The notes under the pieces are model-generated. The model was not told the origin of the DNA. It worked only from the letters and a program-made list of their open reading frames with translations, and ran no database searches. From the human T2T-CHM13v2.0 reference genome, Homo sapiens, in NCBI RefSeq assembly GCF_009914755.1, contig NC_060938.1: DNA of 64,000 nucleotides. The stretch is one strand, 5' to 3'. The position numbers were made by a program, and so were the translations under genes. Positions 30,815-46,407 of the stretch are shown one piece after another (positions within the stretch are counted from its first letter, which is position 1; every line of letters starts with the position of its first letter).

Positions 30815-32027
30815 GTAAGGGAGTTCCCTAAGCATGTTGGGCCTCAAGATGATATAGTTTCTAAGTCTGTCTTGGCAGGACCTGGGATGACCGTTAAGTC
30901 TTCATTCCCCCCAGTTCTAGGTAGGGTGATATGGTGGTATGCTTATGGGATTTGGAGGGAGATGGCCCTAGATCTCAACCCTAGCTTTGGTGTTACTAAA
31001 CTGTGTGATGGCTTGACAGTGTGACAAGCTAGTTAGTGTTTCTGAGCTCTCATTTTTTTTTTTTTCTGCAAAAGAAGCATAATTGCTTCTTGCAAGGTTC
31101 TTTTTAGGATCAGAGAGTAAATAATGACGCTTGTGTATGTATACATAATTATATGTGATACATGTATTTATTATACAGCATAGTGCCTGGCAACACTGTT
31201 GGCAAATATATATATAAAATATTTCTGAATTTAAATGTTTCCAGAACCCACGAGGGCTGGGCTGGATGCTGGGAATGGAATACTGAGTGGCCTGGAGTCA
31301 GGAATACGGAGATGCAACCCTCTTTTGAAAGGACTAGGCTCTCACACTTGCAGAAGGGGTAGACTATATGGCTAAGTGTCCTAGTTTTGGAGTTCAAAGG
31401 CCTGAGTTCAGATCCTAGCTTTGAACTTAACATATGCCTTGTGACCTTGGGCTAGTAGGTTAATTTCATTGTGCCTGTTTCTTCATCTGCAAAATGGAGA
31501 AGACTGACTCCTAACCTTATGATGGGGAATGGCGAGGAGTAAATGAGATAATGATATAAAACCTTAGGCATGGTGCCTGGCTTATAGTAAGCACTCAAAA
31601 ATATATAACTATTATCTTTCCATTCCTCTTGGCATTGATAGTTCAAAAAAACCTAAGAATGGAAATTTTAACATATATATTTTAAATTCCCCATCTGTGA
31701 AATGGAATTAATGACAGATAAGATAGAAGAGTTGCTGTGAGGTTTACATTTTTTAAAAAATTTGCCTAAAAGTAGTTCTAAGAACAGATTTGGTTCATCC
31801 TTGTCACTCCAGCATCCAATATCATGCACACACAGTCAGGGTTATATTGTTGGGAGGAGTAGTTATTCTAGAATTTTCTCCTAGGCCATCTTGTCCCGAT
31901 ATGTTCTGAATATTGACTCTGATGGAGCTTGAGTTACCTGCCTTTGTTCCTTCACCCCATGGTGACTGTGCTCTGTCCTGGGTCTTGTCCCATCGCCGGG
32001 TGATCTTTGGGGTTATGGTTTCCCCAG

Positions 32028-32131
32028 GGGGAAGAAGTGAATGCTGGAAGAATTGGCCTGACGATCGTCATTGCAGGAATGCTTGGGGCTGTGATCTCAG
32101 GAATCTGGCTGGATAGGTCCAAAACCTACAA
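32028..32131 (+). CDS. FLVCR2: FLVCR2 exon 5 ([35 protein letters not shown])
   Basis: ccccag| and |gtaagt, 104 nt; contains the MFS motif-A-like [11 protein letters not shown]. Confidence 0.95.
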
Positions 32132-32700
32132 GTAAGTGACTCATCCTCTTGGACTGAGAATTGGGGACCTGTTTTTTGAAATGACATATTCATAAGCAGT
32201 GTGACTCCAAGTCATTGTTTGGAGATCCTAGTGGCCAAGCAGGTCATTCAAGTTTGACTTCTCTGAGCCTCACTTTCCTCATTTATCAAATGAGGGAAGC
32301 TATACCCGTCTTAAGATCCCCACAGGATCTTAGGAAGATGGGAGCTACTGGACTTGAAGGCCTAGCATAGTCCTCTTCCCCATCCCCACTCTCTAAGTAG
32401 CTTTGTGAAAGCAGCAGAGGAGGGAGAAATGAAAATGAATGGGGAAAAAAAATCTCAGCGGTGGAAAATTTGTGGAAACCCCAAAGAGTGGAGATGAGGA
32501 GGAGGTGATTTCACTCTCCTGTTCTCATGGCACCTTGTGGACCCCATGGGGTTGACCAAGGTACTCTGAGCTTTCTCCAGTTTGCAGTGTATATTATTGT
32601 GCAATTATTTATACCTTGTTGGTAAATATTATAACTTACTTTGGACCTGAATGCCCAGTGCATTTCTAAGAGCCTGGAGCTATTTTAAAAGGTTTTATCA

Positions 32701-32982
32701 GGCTGGGCGCAGTGACTCACATCTGTAATCCCAGCACTTTGGGAGGCCGAGGCAGGAGGATTGCTTGAGTCTAGGAGCTCAAAACCAGCCTGGGCAACAT
32801 GGTGAAACCCCATCTCTACAAAAAATACAAAAATTAGCTAGGCATAGTGGCACACACCTGAAGTCCCAGCTATTTGGGAGGCTGAGGTAGAAGGATCGCT
32901 TGACCCAGGAGGTGGAGGTTGCTGTGAACTGGGTTCACGCCACTGCACTCCAGCCTGGCTCAAGAAAAAAAAGAAAAGAAAA
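32701..32982 (+). mobile_element. Alu (AluJ-like)
   Basis: Alu dimer; GTTTTATC duplicated on both sides. Confidence 0.9.
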
Positions 32983-34562
32983 TGTTTTATCGGTGTGCAC
33001 ATGGGTTAAAAAAAAATTAAAAGGTTTTAGTGAATGCCAGGCCACTACCCGCCCCATGGATGCCAAATCAGCAGAAGAATCTGCATTTGTAGAAAGCAGC
33101 CTGGGTGCCTCCATTCAGCAGCTGGCCTTGGAGAAAATCCTCTGGCGAACAGCAGCCCAACATCCTTCCCTTGTGATTTTCCAGTGCTCCCCGTTCACTG
33201 GGTACTCAGTTAGCACTGGCTGGCGGGGCAGCTGTTGGGCTGTACTGTACCGGGGCAGAGCAGTGTCCCCGGCTGCTCTGTCAAGGCCTCCAAAGTTCCC
33301 AGTGTCTGCAGGCAACAGACAGTGGCAGACCTGTTCTCTGCCACACAAACCCGCTTCTGTGAGGCCCTGGTCAGACCAGGTCTCATTCTGGCTGCCCTAA
33401 TCAAAGGCCAATTGAGACCATCCCTAGGGAGGTGGCGACGAGGAGCCTGGCTCGGCTTAATTACTGCTGGCGGGGCTTGGCTGCCATCTCATCGCTGCCA
33501 TCTGTTAGTTGCTTGCTTCAGCCAGACACAAGAGCAGTGAGGACTGGCCATCCCCAAACCACTGAATAGCAGTGACCCTTTTTCCGGGGCTTGCTCTGCG
33601 GCAGGAGGAGGGAGGGATTGGAATGCTGGCTGGGCTGGGACATGGGCAGCCGGATGATTCAGATGAATTAGAAAAGATAATGAGAGGACTGGGAAGAACA
33701 CTTTCTCAGCCCTCTTCAGAACCTAGATGTCACCAGTTCCTAGCATCACGTGATGTCTAAATCCAGTGGTCAGCACAAGATATTTTTCTCCCTGTGCCAC
33801 TACCCAGGCAGAGAAAAGGCAACTCCCAGTGGGATGAGAGCTCTGTGATCCCATCATTTCGGAGCCAGTCCTCGTCACTCTAAGGCTCCCAGATTTGTCT
33901 AGTTTTGTTTGGAGGTTGGAAATTGGGTGGTGAGGTCTGTTTATCTCAGACTGGGACTACAAATAGTTTTTCTAAACTGGTCAGTGGTTTAGGATGAAGC
34001 TATGGTTAAAGCTTCATCCTGGTGAGCTTGTGGGATCATCGGGCAAGACTGGCGTCCATGACGTTGCTTTCAGCAGAGTTGGTAGGAAGAGTGTGAGGGA
34101 GGAGCGTGAAGGGAGGAGGAAGCTCCTCTACCCTTAGCAGCTGCTTTGAAGCACCAGGTGGGAGCAGCATCCTTTGGAGACTCTGACCTTGAGCTTTTCC
34201 AAAGATGCAACCACATAGTGCATCGTTATTCCCGCATGCAGTAGCAGAAGGGACACAGGTTTCAAATCCAGCTTTGAGTTCACATCTCAGCTCTGCATTT
34301 ATTCAGCTGGTGACTTTGGACAAGTAACTTGAGTGGCCTGAGCTTCAGTTTCTTCATTGGTAAAATGAGAAATCATCAGATATTTCTTACAGGATTTTTG
34401 TAAAGGTTGAATTGAAATAATAAATGCATGTGAAGTGCTTCACAGAATCTGGCACTCAAGAGATGGAGGGTTTCGTTTGACACAACCGTAGCGTGCCATT
34501 TGGTGCCTCCACCATGATTCTGGCTTCAGGGGTGATGTGTAAAGAAAAGCTTTAAAGATTTT

Positions 34563-34846
34563 GGCCAGGTGCGGTGGCTCACGCCTGTAATCCCAGCACT
34601 TTGGGAGGCGGAGGCGGGCAGATCATGAGGTCAGGAGATCGAGACCACCCTGGCTAACACAGTGAAACCCTGTCTCTACTAAACAAACTACAAAAAACAT
34701 TAGCCAGGCGTGGTGGCGGGCCCCTGTAGTCCCAGCTGCTTGGGAGGCTGAGGCAGGAGAATGGTGAACCTGGGAGGCGGAGCTTGCAGTGAGCAGAGAT
34801 CGTGCCACTGCACTCCAGCCTGGGTGACAGAGCAAGACTCCATCTC

Positions 34847-34876
<30 letters not shown>
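34563..34876 (+). mobile_element. Alu (AluY-like)
   Basis: AluY diagnostic positions; TSD AAGAAAAGCTTTAAAG. Confidence 0.9.
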
Positions 34877-34877
<1 letters not shown>

Positions 34878-35271
34878 GCTTTAAAGCTTTCATCATCTGA
34901 GTCCTGATGTTCATGGTAGGGGGGCAGAGGGATGTGCAGTGCCTATGCCCTGCCTTAGGTAGTGCAGGGAGAAGAATGCAGGTCGAATTGCAGGAGTCGG
35001 GGCTGCATCAGAGTCCTAGGTGGGCAACATGGGAAGAGAACTGCTGGAGGGGCACAGGAGGGGGTGAGACTGAAATAGAAACCAAGACTTGCTGATGGTA
35101 CTCCTGAGGGGATCGACACAGGGAAATGTAACAGGGAGTGGGCGAAGATAGAGAAGGTTTCTCACATTGGCTTTGGAAGTCAAGCACTCAGTTCAGGCTG
35201 AGAGAATATTCTCTCTTAGTTCCTGCTCTCTGGAGTGGAGTAGTTCAGACTCAACAGAAAAAGCTTTGCTG

Positions 35272-35614
<343 letters not shown>

Positions 35615-36048
35615 TCAAGTAGGGACAGGAAGAACTTGTAGGTGACAGAGCACATTGCCCAGCATTGTCATGGGTCTTGGGATAAAGCAGACAAGCAGAA
35701 TTGGACAGCTTCTGGGGTAGTCCTGAATGTCACCGCCACCTCATCATGGCTGATGTTTGTCCTGTTTTTTCTTTTTTCTGGTGAGGGATGGGAGAAGGAG
35801 AAAGGGCTTTGCCCTTCTTGTCTGTGGCTAGGACATGACAAGTCAAGGGGCAGATTGATATTGTTGAGTGGGTTCTACAGAAAGGGAACAAAGATATCGT
35901 AAGATGGCTTCATACTTTACTAGTCTTACTTACCCTTTGTAGCATTGATCATGATGTAATTAAATAATTTTTTTGTGTGATCATCATCTGTCAGTGTCCA
36001 TCACCCTCATGGAGAGAAAGTTCTATGAAAGAAAATGTCCAAGAACAA

Positions 36049-36580
<532 letters not shown>

Positions 36581-37093
36581 GTAAGTTTCACCTCTGGCTG
36601 ATTTATTAGAAAATACCATGCCATGGCTCCCAGAGCTTCCAGCATCCTAGAATGCAATATTGATGCCTTTGCTGCCTTCTAACTGACCTCAGGAGATATG
36701 GACATGGTGCCCAGGGGTCTCGGTAATACTTGTAGTACTTCCAAAGGCAGCCTGGGCTGTCTGTTCTTTTGGGATGGAATGAAGCATGAAGCACACCCTT
36801 CGCGACCTCTTGGAGGCTAGAACCTGTTCAGAGTCTTTTTCAGTTTTGCCTGGACAACATGGGATTGTGGAAAGTACACAGGGCTTGGAACCAGAGACTC
36901 TGGGTCCTGGTCTCAGTTTTGCTGCTGCCTACCTGTTAGACCATGGGCACAGCACTTAACCATTCTGAGCCTCAATTTCCTCATCTGTAAAGAAAGATAA
37001 TAGTGGCCTGCCTTGTCAAGTTGTTGGACAGATTGAGAAAGATAATAGATATGAAAGCATCAAGAAGCATTGTGAAAATGTAAGAAATTAAAG

Positions 37094-37402
<309 letters not shown>

Positions 37403-37519
37403 TTAAAGTTGGAATTTTCTAGACCTGTTGTATGAGAAAACATAGGAAACAATACCTCTTTCACAGGAGTCTTTGTTCAGCTCTGCTTCCCAGTTATTTT
37501 CCTATGGGCAGTATATGAG

Positions 37520-37523
<4 letters not shown>

Positions 37524-37552
<29 letters not shown>
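37524..37552. repeat. (TG)n microsatellite
   Basis: About 14 TG units. Confidence 0.95.
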
Positions 37553-38072
37553 CTGTATGTGCATGTGAAAGAGAGAAAGAGGGAGAGAGCATGTGCTGGC
37601 ACTCAGTCCTCAGCTGGTTCCTCTCTGGATGGAAATAAGGAGGACTCTAAGCTCCTCCTTCCAGGTCCCAGAGAGCCACGGAGATCCTGCTCAATATCCA
37701 GGAAGTTCCCACTCCCAGCACAGGGCCTGTGTACCCAGGACATAGTCTCTCAGCTGAAGGTTGAACACACCAGGCATCCTTGCCCCTTCTGTAAATGCTG
37801 ACTGGCTGTCACTGATGGCAAGATGGAGAAGCAGCAAGGGATCCCAGAGGCCTGCTGAGCACAAGGTCTCCCTGTGAACTTCTTCCTGGCCTTCAGGGGT
37901 GCCCGTCTCCTTGGTATGATCACATAGAGGATGCCCAGATCATTAGAGGGCCTAGTATGTCTTGGTGGGAAGAAACAAAACAGCAAAGGGAGTCCTAGGG
38001 GAGGAGGTGGGCTCCCCATCCTTCTTGTTCTGGAAGTTCTTCATCCCCTTGTTTCTCTGGTCTGGTCTTCAG

Positions 38073-38178
38073 CTTCTTTATGACTGGCTATCTCCCACTG
38101 GGATTTGAGTTTGCTGTGGAGCTCACGTACCCAGAATCAGAAGGCATCTCCTCCGGCCTCCTCAACATATCTGCACAG
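38073..38178 (+). CDS. FLVCR2: FLVCR2 exon 7 ([35 protein letters not shown])
   Basis: cttcag| and |gtagag, 106 nt; FLVCR-family ELTYPESEG motif. Confidence 0.96.
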
Positions 38179-38299
38179 GTAGAGCTCGTATTTCCTGTTT
38201 GTTTCCTGGCTGGGAAGGCATTGCATCATGGCAGCTCAGTTCTTCCTCATGAGTTAGTTGACTGGGCCCTTGTTTCCTATCTTCTTTATGCCTTTCCAG

Positions 38300-38411
38300 G
38301 TATTTGGGATCATCTTTACCATCTCCCAGGGCCAGATTATTGACAACTATGGAACCAAGCCTGGGAACATCTTCCTGTGTGTGTTCCTTACTCTTGGAGC
38401 AGCCCTCACTG
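38300..38411 (+). CDS. FLVCR2: FLVCR2 exon 8 ([37 protein letters not shown])
   Basis: ttccag| and |gtgagt, 112 nt. Confidence 0.95.
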
Positions 38412-38960
38412 GTGAGTTGGAGCCTGAGGGCAAGATGAGGCTCAGGTTGGCCATTTGGGACCCTAGTGTCTCGATGGAGCAACAGATAGGGAGTACGTAC
38501 GTAGGGGGACAGATGGAAGGGTTTGTTGGGGAATCTGTTGGGAGGCAGCACATTGTTTTGGTAGAATGAGCATGGGTTTTGGAGCCAGAAGACTCATGTT
38601 GGAATCCCAGACTGTGACAATGACTTCCATAGCTATTGACCTTGGATAAGTGGACCAACCTCTGGGAACCTCAGTTTTTAATCTGTAAAATGAGGATTGT
38701 TGTGATGATTAGAGCAATGTGTGCAAAGTCCCTGATCCATAAGTGAAGGCCACTGTCATTGTTGGCTTCTGCCTGTCAGGGACGGCAGTGATCCTCGGGC
38801 TCTCTCAAATTGGCTGATGGTGCCCTCAGTCACCAGCTCTCTTGACTATCTGAAGTAAGTTTGGGATACCTGTGACCCTTAGGAAATGAAGGTTTCTTCT
38901 CTCGGATGAACGTGATAACTGTATTTTTGTCTCTCTTCCTTCTCAATCTATCAACCTTAG

Positions 38961-39016
38961 CATTCATTAAGGCAGATCTCCGGAGACAGAAAGCAAACAA
39001 AGAAACTCTTGAGAAC
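38961..39016 (+). CDS. FLVCR2: FLVCR2 exon 9 (AFIKADLRRQKANKETLEN)
   Basis: ccttag| and |gtgagt, 56 nt; conserved IKxDLRR. Confidence 0.93.
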
Positions 39017-39971
39017 GTGAGTATATGGGAGCTTTGTGGGGCTGAGATCGGGGTCCAAGGCTTTTGATGAGGATGTGGCAACATAGATGGGGCAGGGAGA
39101 ACTCCCACAGGGACTGGTTTTGTCATAGCTGGGAGACCAGTTCATCCCTTACACATGGCATCCTAAGACTTTCCTCAGTGGGCATCTTTGGCATTGTGTT
39201 CTTGCTACTGCTACCCTTTCTTGGACTCTTCTCCCACTTCCTGCCCTCTTTCTGGAGCCCCCGGCCTCATCCCCAGAGTGTGTCACCGTTGTCACAGTCT
39301 GCTGAACAGCACCCCTGACTGGATCTTGAGCCGAGTCCTGAGGCTCTGGCTCCACTGTTTTCAGCCTGGGGTCAGTGGCTGGGGAGGAAGGGGAAGCCTG
39401 GCTCCACCACTCTGTCATGGCAGTGCTGGCCCTAAGGCTGTGACTCTCCTGGCATGTGACAACTCCTTAGGCAGGGCCATGGGGACGGAGCCAAAGAATT
39501 GCCAGTGGGGCTCTGAAAGGACAAGTCAGGAAGCAGGAGCTGGCGAGGTAGCAGAGGAGAGGACCAGGAGTATGACCTAGAACAGAAAAGTGTTTTCCAT
39601 CTGTTCTAACCAGCTGGGAACCACTTTAAACAAAATGTTAGGTATCAAATCTGAGTGATGATGAAAGGAATTTCAAATCTGAGAAAGAGCAAAGGTAAGA
39701 TATTTCTTCAAAAATTAAAAAAAAACTTATAGAGGTAATACATGCTCTTTGTAGAATAAGTAAAAAATACAGAAAAGTGTACAAAATTTAAAAATCATCC
39801 TGTAATTTCATCATTTAGAGATGAGATGCCTTTTTTGCATTGATTGCTGCATGTCTGTATCCACTTATAATATATACGTGGATATATGAATGTGTGTATA
39901 TAAATGCATATTTTTAAACAGAAATAAAACTGCTTTTTTCACTTATTGCAAGCACTTTATCAGGCAACTAG

Positions 39972-40292
<321 letters not shown>

Positions 40293-40819
40293 TAATGCCT
40301 GCATAGTGTTCCTTTATACGGATAAGCCATGATTTATTTAGCAATTTTCCTGTCTGTGGACATTAAGGTTGTTTTGAATTGTTACAAATAATATTGTGAT
40401 TAATATGTTGGAAGCTGAATCTTTGTGCATGTTCTCAAGTACCATATTTCCTGGAGAAATGGAATAATGGTCATGCCCATTTCAAAGACTTTGGTATGTG
40501 TTGCTAAACTGTCCTCTAGAAAGGTACTTTGAGTACTAGCAATTTCTATTGCTAGGCAGTCATATGAGCGCCAACACTGAGTATTTTTCATTTTGAAAAA
40601 TCTTCGCCAATTTTCTAAGGCAAGAGATATCTGTAAGGGATATTTTTAGTGTTTGAAGGATCTGTGTTGGCAGATAGATGATAATCTTTAGGTCTTTACT
40701 ATTTGTCTTTTGCTATTACGTTCTAGAGTTGGCAGGCAGCAGCAGAAAAGCATGTGGAAGAAGGAGCCTAGAACAGGAAATTCACTGGGGAGACAGGGAA
40801 GGCCTTTCAGCAGGAATGA

Positions 40820-41170
<351 letters not shown>

Positions 41171-42152
41171 AGAGAGAGAGAAATGATTTGGTACACTTGG
41201 GTAAATATATGTATAGCCTAGTGAAAGGTTTCAGTTTGGAACGTGACGTATTATGTCAAGTGACATAAGATTTTGCTGTGTTGACTTTATAACCTGTGTT
41301 TATGTTGGCAGACATAGGCAAACAAAGAAAATAAAAATCACCTATAATCCTGCTTCCCAGAGATAACCTAGTAGCATTTCCAGTGTTGTAATCTATGGAC
41401 ATGCTTGTGTATATTTTGTTTTCTACCCTGCTTACTTAGTATAGCTTGATAACATTTCTACAGTGTTACATTATACCACAACCTCATGTCTACTGTGTAT
41501 TTCCATCTCACTCAATATTTCAGTTGTTCCACTATTTCATTATTCTTGCAGCCAGCTCTTTGTGTACATGGACCAGGTTTGTTAATCAAGGTTACAATTG
41601 TTGGCTCAGTCTCTTTTGAGTGTGGGGTGCTGGAAATAGCGCTGAGTAGGAATAACAGCCTTAGGTTCCAATAAATGGTGCTCACCTGTCTTGTGTCCCT
41701 GGATAATTCACTATGTGTCTGTAGACCTCCCTGGCACCTGTGGCAGCATGGTATTATGGGGGGTCAAAGTCATGCTGGGACTGACACCAGCAAGGAAGCC
41801 AGGGCCATCACAGAGCAGCCCTCCTCTGGAGCCGTGACATTACGCACCCCATGGCAGCTGGTGTAACTCAGAGACCTGTGGACAAATTCATTGTCAGAGT
41901 CAGGTGAAGACTGGGCACACGGCAGATCTGGCCAGACCTGCTCTTTCTAATCAGTGAGATGTATAGTTTAGGGAAAAAGAGATGGGACTTCTGGGACAGG
42001 GTAATGATTGACCTTGACTATGAACATCTTACTGGTTTGGGTTTCCATTTTTCTTCTAGCACATAGACAGTAGTTGCACTTCTGTCTCCACTAACTTGTT
42101 TCCCATTTGTGATTGTGATTTCCAGGTGATGGCTTTGGAGGAGGCGGGCGTG

Positions 42153-42154
<2 letters not shown>

Positions 42155-42187
<33 letters not shown>

Positions 42188-42196
42188 AGAGAGAGA
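42155..42196. repeat. (TG)n plus (AG)n compound microsatellite
   Basis: Read directly from the sequence. Confidence 0.9.
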
Positions 42197-42716
42197 GGGG
42201 AGACTAAGTGACTGAAATAGGCTGTTAGTTTCCTGAATGATGGCTCCTCATGGCTGAGGCTGACTTGATGCCAAGTGTTAGCAAGATTGAGAATGGGAAG
42301 GTTGGATTCTACAGCTGTCTCCATTACCACAAACAGGCACTGAGACACTCCCTGGGGAAGAAAGCACCATTTGTCCACTTGACATTGGCTTCTGTCTTAG
42401 CCCTGTGCATGTCCTCTAGGCCTTGAGTAGTGTTGGCTGTGTGGTGCTGCACCTGTGCCCAAGGCCTTCTTGTGAATCAGAAGAACCCTTGAGGTCACAG
42501 ACAAAGTACTTCTTAAAACAGTAGACAAAGGCCCAGGTTGGCAGTATGTACCTAGGGGCCCCACAGGATAATTTCCAGGCCATGTTGAATTCCAAACTCA
42601 CCTAAAAAGTGTGACTTAGAAGACTTTCCTGTAAATGAATCCTGTGCCATCCCTCCCCTAGAAAGCTAAAGCCATTGAGCTTACATATGCAATTATGCAT
42701 GCTGCTTTGGCATCTA

Positions 42717-43055
<339 letters not shown>

Positions 43056-43509
43056 TCATCCTGGGGCTGCCTCCAAGTGGGGGTTGTTGGAAATTCCAAG
43101 GGAATCGCAGACCTGGCACCTTGGACAGTGATTTGATGGTTAGTTGAGGTGAGTTTTCAGCTGTCAGAATGTGGAGGGAAAAGGGGCTTTGCTTCTGTTT
43201 CAGTCCCGAGAGTGAGCCTGAAAGAGTGGCACTCGGAGCTGGATCATTTGTGGTGGCCTTGGCATCATAGAAAGCTTGCCCCTTTTTCCCTCTGATGACC
43301 TCATGATGTTGGGTGGTGTGTGTTTGTGGGTGCATTTATGGCAGGGGCTGGTTGCTTCTTTTCTTGTTCTCTTTCTTGGCTCTCTGGGATGCTGAGTGGC
43401 CCCCGGCTCTTGTATTCCCCACTGATTAGTCATGGCCAGGCAGCTGCTCCAGCCAGGGTGGAGTGCTGTGCCTTTACCCACAGCACTGCCTGTTTGTTTT
43501 GCTTTATAG

Positions 43510-43581
43510 AAACTCCAAGAGGAGGAGGAGGAGAGCAACACCAGCAAAGTGCCCACTGCTGTGTCAGAGGATCATCTCTGA
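43510..43581 (+). CDS. FLVCR2: FLVCR2 exon 10, coding part (KLQEEEEESNTSKVPTAVSEDHL*)
   Basis: ttatag| acceptor in phase 0, TGA at 43579-43581. Exons 2-10 give 303 codons plus stop. Confidence 0.92.
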   Translation, partial: KLQEEEEESNTSKVPTAVSEDHL

Positions 43582-45280
43582 GAGGAAGGTGGTGACAACT
43601 CAGGGAACACGAACACCCCACCTTTTCCTTCAGCACAGCTCTCACCGCCAGCACAAAGGGCTTCGCTAGAGATGTTTTTGGAGGGAATCAGTGGGACTAT
43701 TTGTGGCATGGATGGCCTATTCCTCCTAGAACCCACGTAAGAGCTTGGATGATTTAGTTGGAGAAAATTGCACCTATCACCAAATGCAAATTTGATTCCC
43801 ACCTCCACCCCCTTTTAGGTTATGGGAGTTGGTGTTGGGACAGGGTGGCAGAGAATATTGGAGTCAATCCTAGCTTGGTCTCTTGCCTTCCCTCTTTTCC
43901 TCCATCCATCGTGGACAATGCCTGCAAAATTTTCACAGGAAGAAAGCCTATTCAGGATATTAACTTGAAATTTCCAGTGTCCTAAGAGCCTCTCATGAAG
44001 CCCAGTTCTAATAAGTGGCAAGCTGCTCTGCCGGGGTCATCTCCTGGGTCATCGGACTGATTGCTCAAGTTCTGCAGGAGAGGAAGCACCATTAGAACAA
44101 CTCCATCAGAACAGCTCCACCGGGACTTGTGGGCCTAAATTTTCCTGGCCTAACGGGTCTGTCTCCAAACCCTCTTTCCTAAGAGCTGAGCAAACCAACC
44201 ATAATAAACTTGACAAAAGACTTTGTTGTGGCCATGACAGAGATACCGACTCAGGAGGGCTACCTACCTAGGTGTGATCATGCTGGGGGCTACCTTCTGA
44301 GTATATTTGTGAAAGCACATATTTGGGAACTCTGGTAGCTTGAGTTGGGAATGGGAAGGTTCTTTTTTACAGAAGTACTTCCCCAGGGACTTCTGTGTGT
44401 CACAGTCACCTCTGATGCCTTTATCTTGATGTTGCATTGGGAATCTCAGCCATCAGCCCAAGTGCTTGTTTTATTCCAAGGCAGGGTAATCCCCGTCAAC
44501 TTACTCTAACCTTTGCTGAAAACTAATCTTGATTCATTCTACTCTGAAAATCCAAAGGTGCTTCTGAGAGATAAGAGGGAAGGGGTAGAAGGAAAGGTGC
44601 CCCTTGAAATGGGAATTGAGCCTGTTAGAATTAAAAGCTTATCTCACCTCTGCTGGGGACAGTATTTGCACCACCAACCCCTCTCCTCACCTGCTTTGAG
44701 CGATAATCTTTATCAGATATTCTAAACTTAAAGGGATTCCCTTTAAACCAACTCAAGCTGATCTTTCCTATCTAGCCTGCTGTTTGGCTGTACTCATGGG
44801 CTTTGGTAATATCTCCTAAAAATGAGGTTTTGGTAATTTTTCCTATGCATTGGGCAACTGTGATCGTGACCACTGTGCTGTCTTGCTCCAGCCACTGCCC
44901 TGGCCTCAGCATATCAGGGCAGCCTGTGCTGGCTGCAATACTGTGGTGCTTGGGCCACTGCCTGAGAGGAGCCAGGTTTGTGTGTGTCTGCATGTGTGTG
45001 TGTGTGTGTTTGTACAGATTCAAGCAATGGATGCAAGGAACATGCTGTATGTAATAGAAGAAAGAAGTCCACGTTTTCGGCAGAAGTAGTGAGTCAGTGT
45101 GGAAGAGAGGTGAGGGTGTGCTTTACTTTTTGATAAAGAGAAAGATGTTTACTCATAAACCCTTCAAAAGGTATTAACAAAATGTTTACCAAACCTATTG
45201 CTTTATTTTAAAAACATAATTTGTGTTTTCTATTTGTAAGATCTGACATTTCGAGGCAATAAAAACTTCTCAGAAAGTGG
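43582..45280 (+). other. FLVCR2: FLVCR2 3'UTR
   Basis: Non-Alu sequence from the stop codon to AATAAA at 45258-45263; exact end inferred. Confidence 0.75.
45258..45263 (+). terminator. FLVCR2 distal polyadenylation signal AATAAA
   Basis: AATAAA preceded by U-rich sequence and TGTA. Confidence 0.75.
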
Positions 45281-46057
45281 TCTGCCTTATCATTCAGTGG
45301 GGCAGAGATGGCTCTTAGAAGTCCCTGCAAGACTGTCACACATTCCTGAGGCTCCTGTCTTAGGTGTGGGGAAGGGCTGGGCTGGGGCGGGGGAGTGTGA
45401 GGCTAGAGAAGCAGCAACTGTGGTCTTCCACAGGAGCATCTCACTGTTGCCAGACCTTACCATCTGGGAGGGATATTTTTTAAAGACAAGGCTGTAAAGG
45501 TTACTGTTTGCCTACATGGAGGGACTGCAACTCAACATCCAGCACATGACCCTGACCTCTTTCCATGCTGTGTACGCGCTGGAATGTGAGTGACTGCTGA
45601 TGAGAGAGTCCACTGTTGTTTCTGGCTCTGCCTCAAAGGGTGGTTGAAATGTTTGTTCTCTGATTACCTCAGCCATGCACCAGCTTGCTGTGGCTGGGGC
45701 CCATGGCTCAGTCCCAGCAGCTGCAGTCTTGCGTTACCATTTTTCTTCCTAACTGGCCAACGTCCTGTTACTCATCCCTCCCCAGTTGTGATCACCTTGT
45801 GCGTGTTACTTGAATATGCTGCTACTATCATCTGTGTTCTGTACATTCTTTCCATAGAGAGTTGTACTGTGCCTGTGGTATTCTAGCATCATATTTATAG
45901 CAACTCGTAGCTGGGGAGGAACAATATTATGATTCTATTTTAAATGATCTAGGAAGGGACCCAAGCCTGGGCTGTTAAGAAATCTAATATCCATAGTGTC
46001 TGCTAAATACTCTAACTGTACATCTCTTTAGATCCTTTGGGTCCCTGCCTTTACTAA

Positions 46058-46407
<350 letters not shown>

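Noticed and set aside
32900-33400. 166-aa ORF
   Set aside because: Begins inside an Alu, has no recognisable domain and is intronic; likely a chance ORF in GC-rich sequence.
38080-38569. ORFs reading through FLVCR2 introns 7 and 8
   Set aside because: Exon run-on. Retaining the 121-nt intron 7 shifts the frame to a premature stop at 38341-38343, and there is no evidence of function.
43579-43600. Stop-codon readthrough of FLVCR2
   Set aside because: Context is TGA GAG, not the TGA CTAG readthrough motif.
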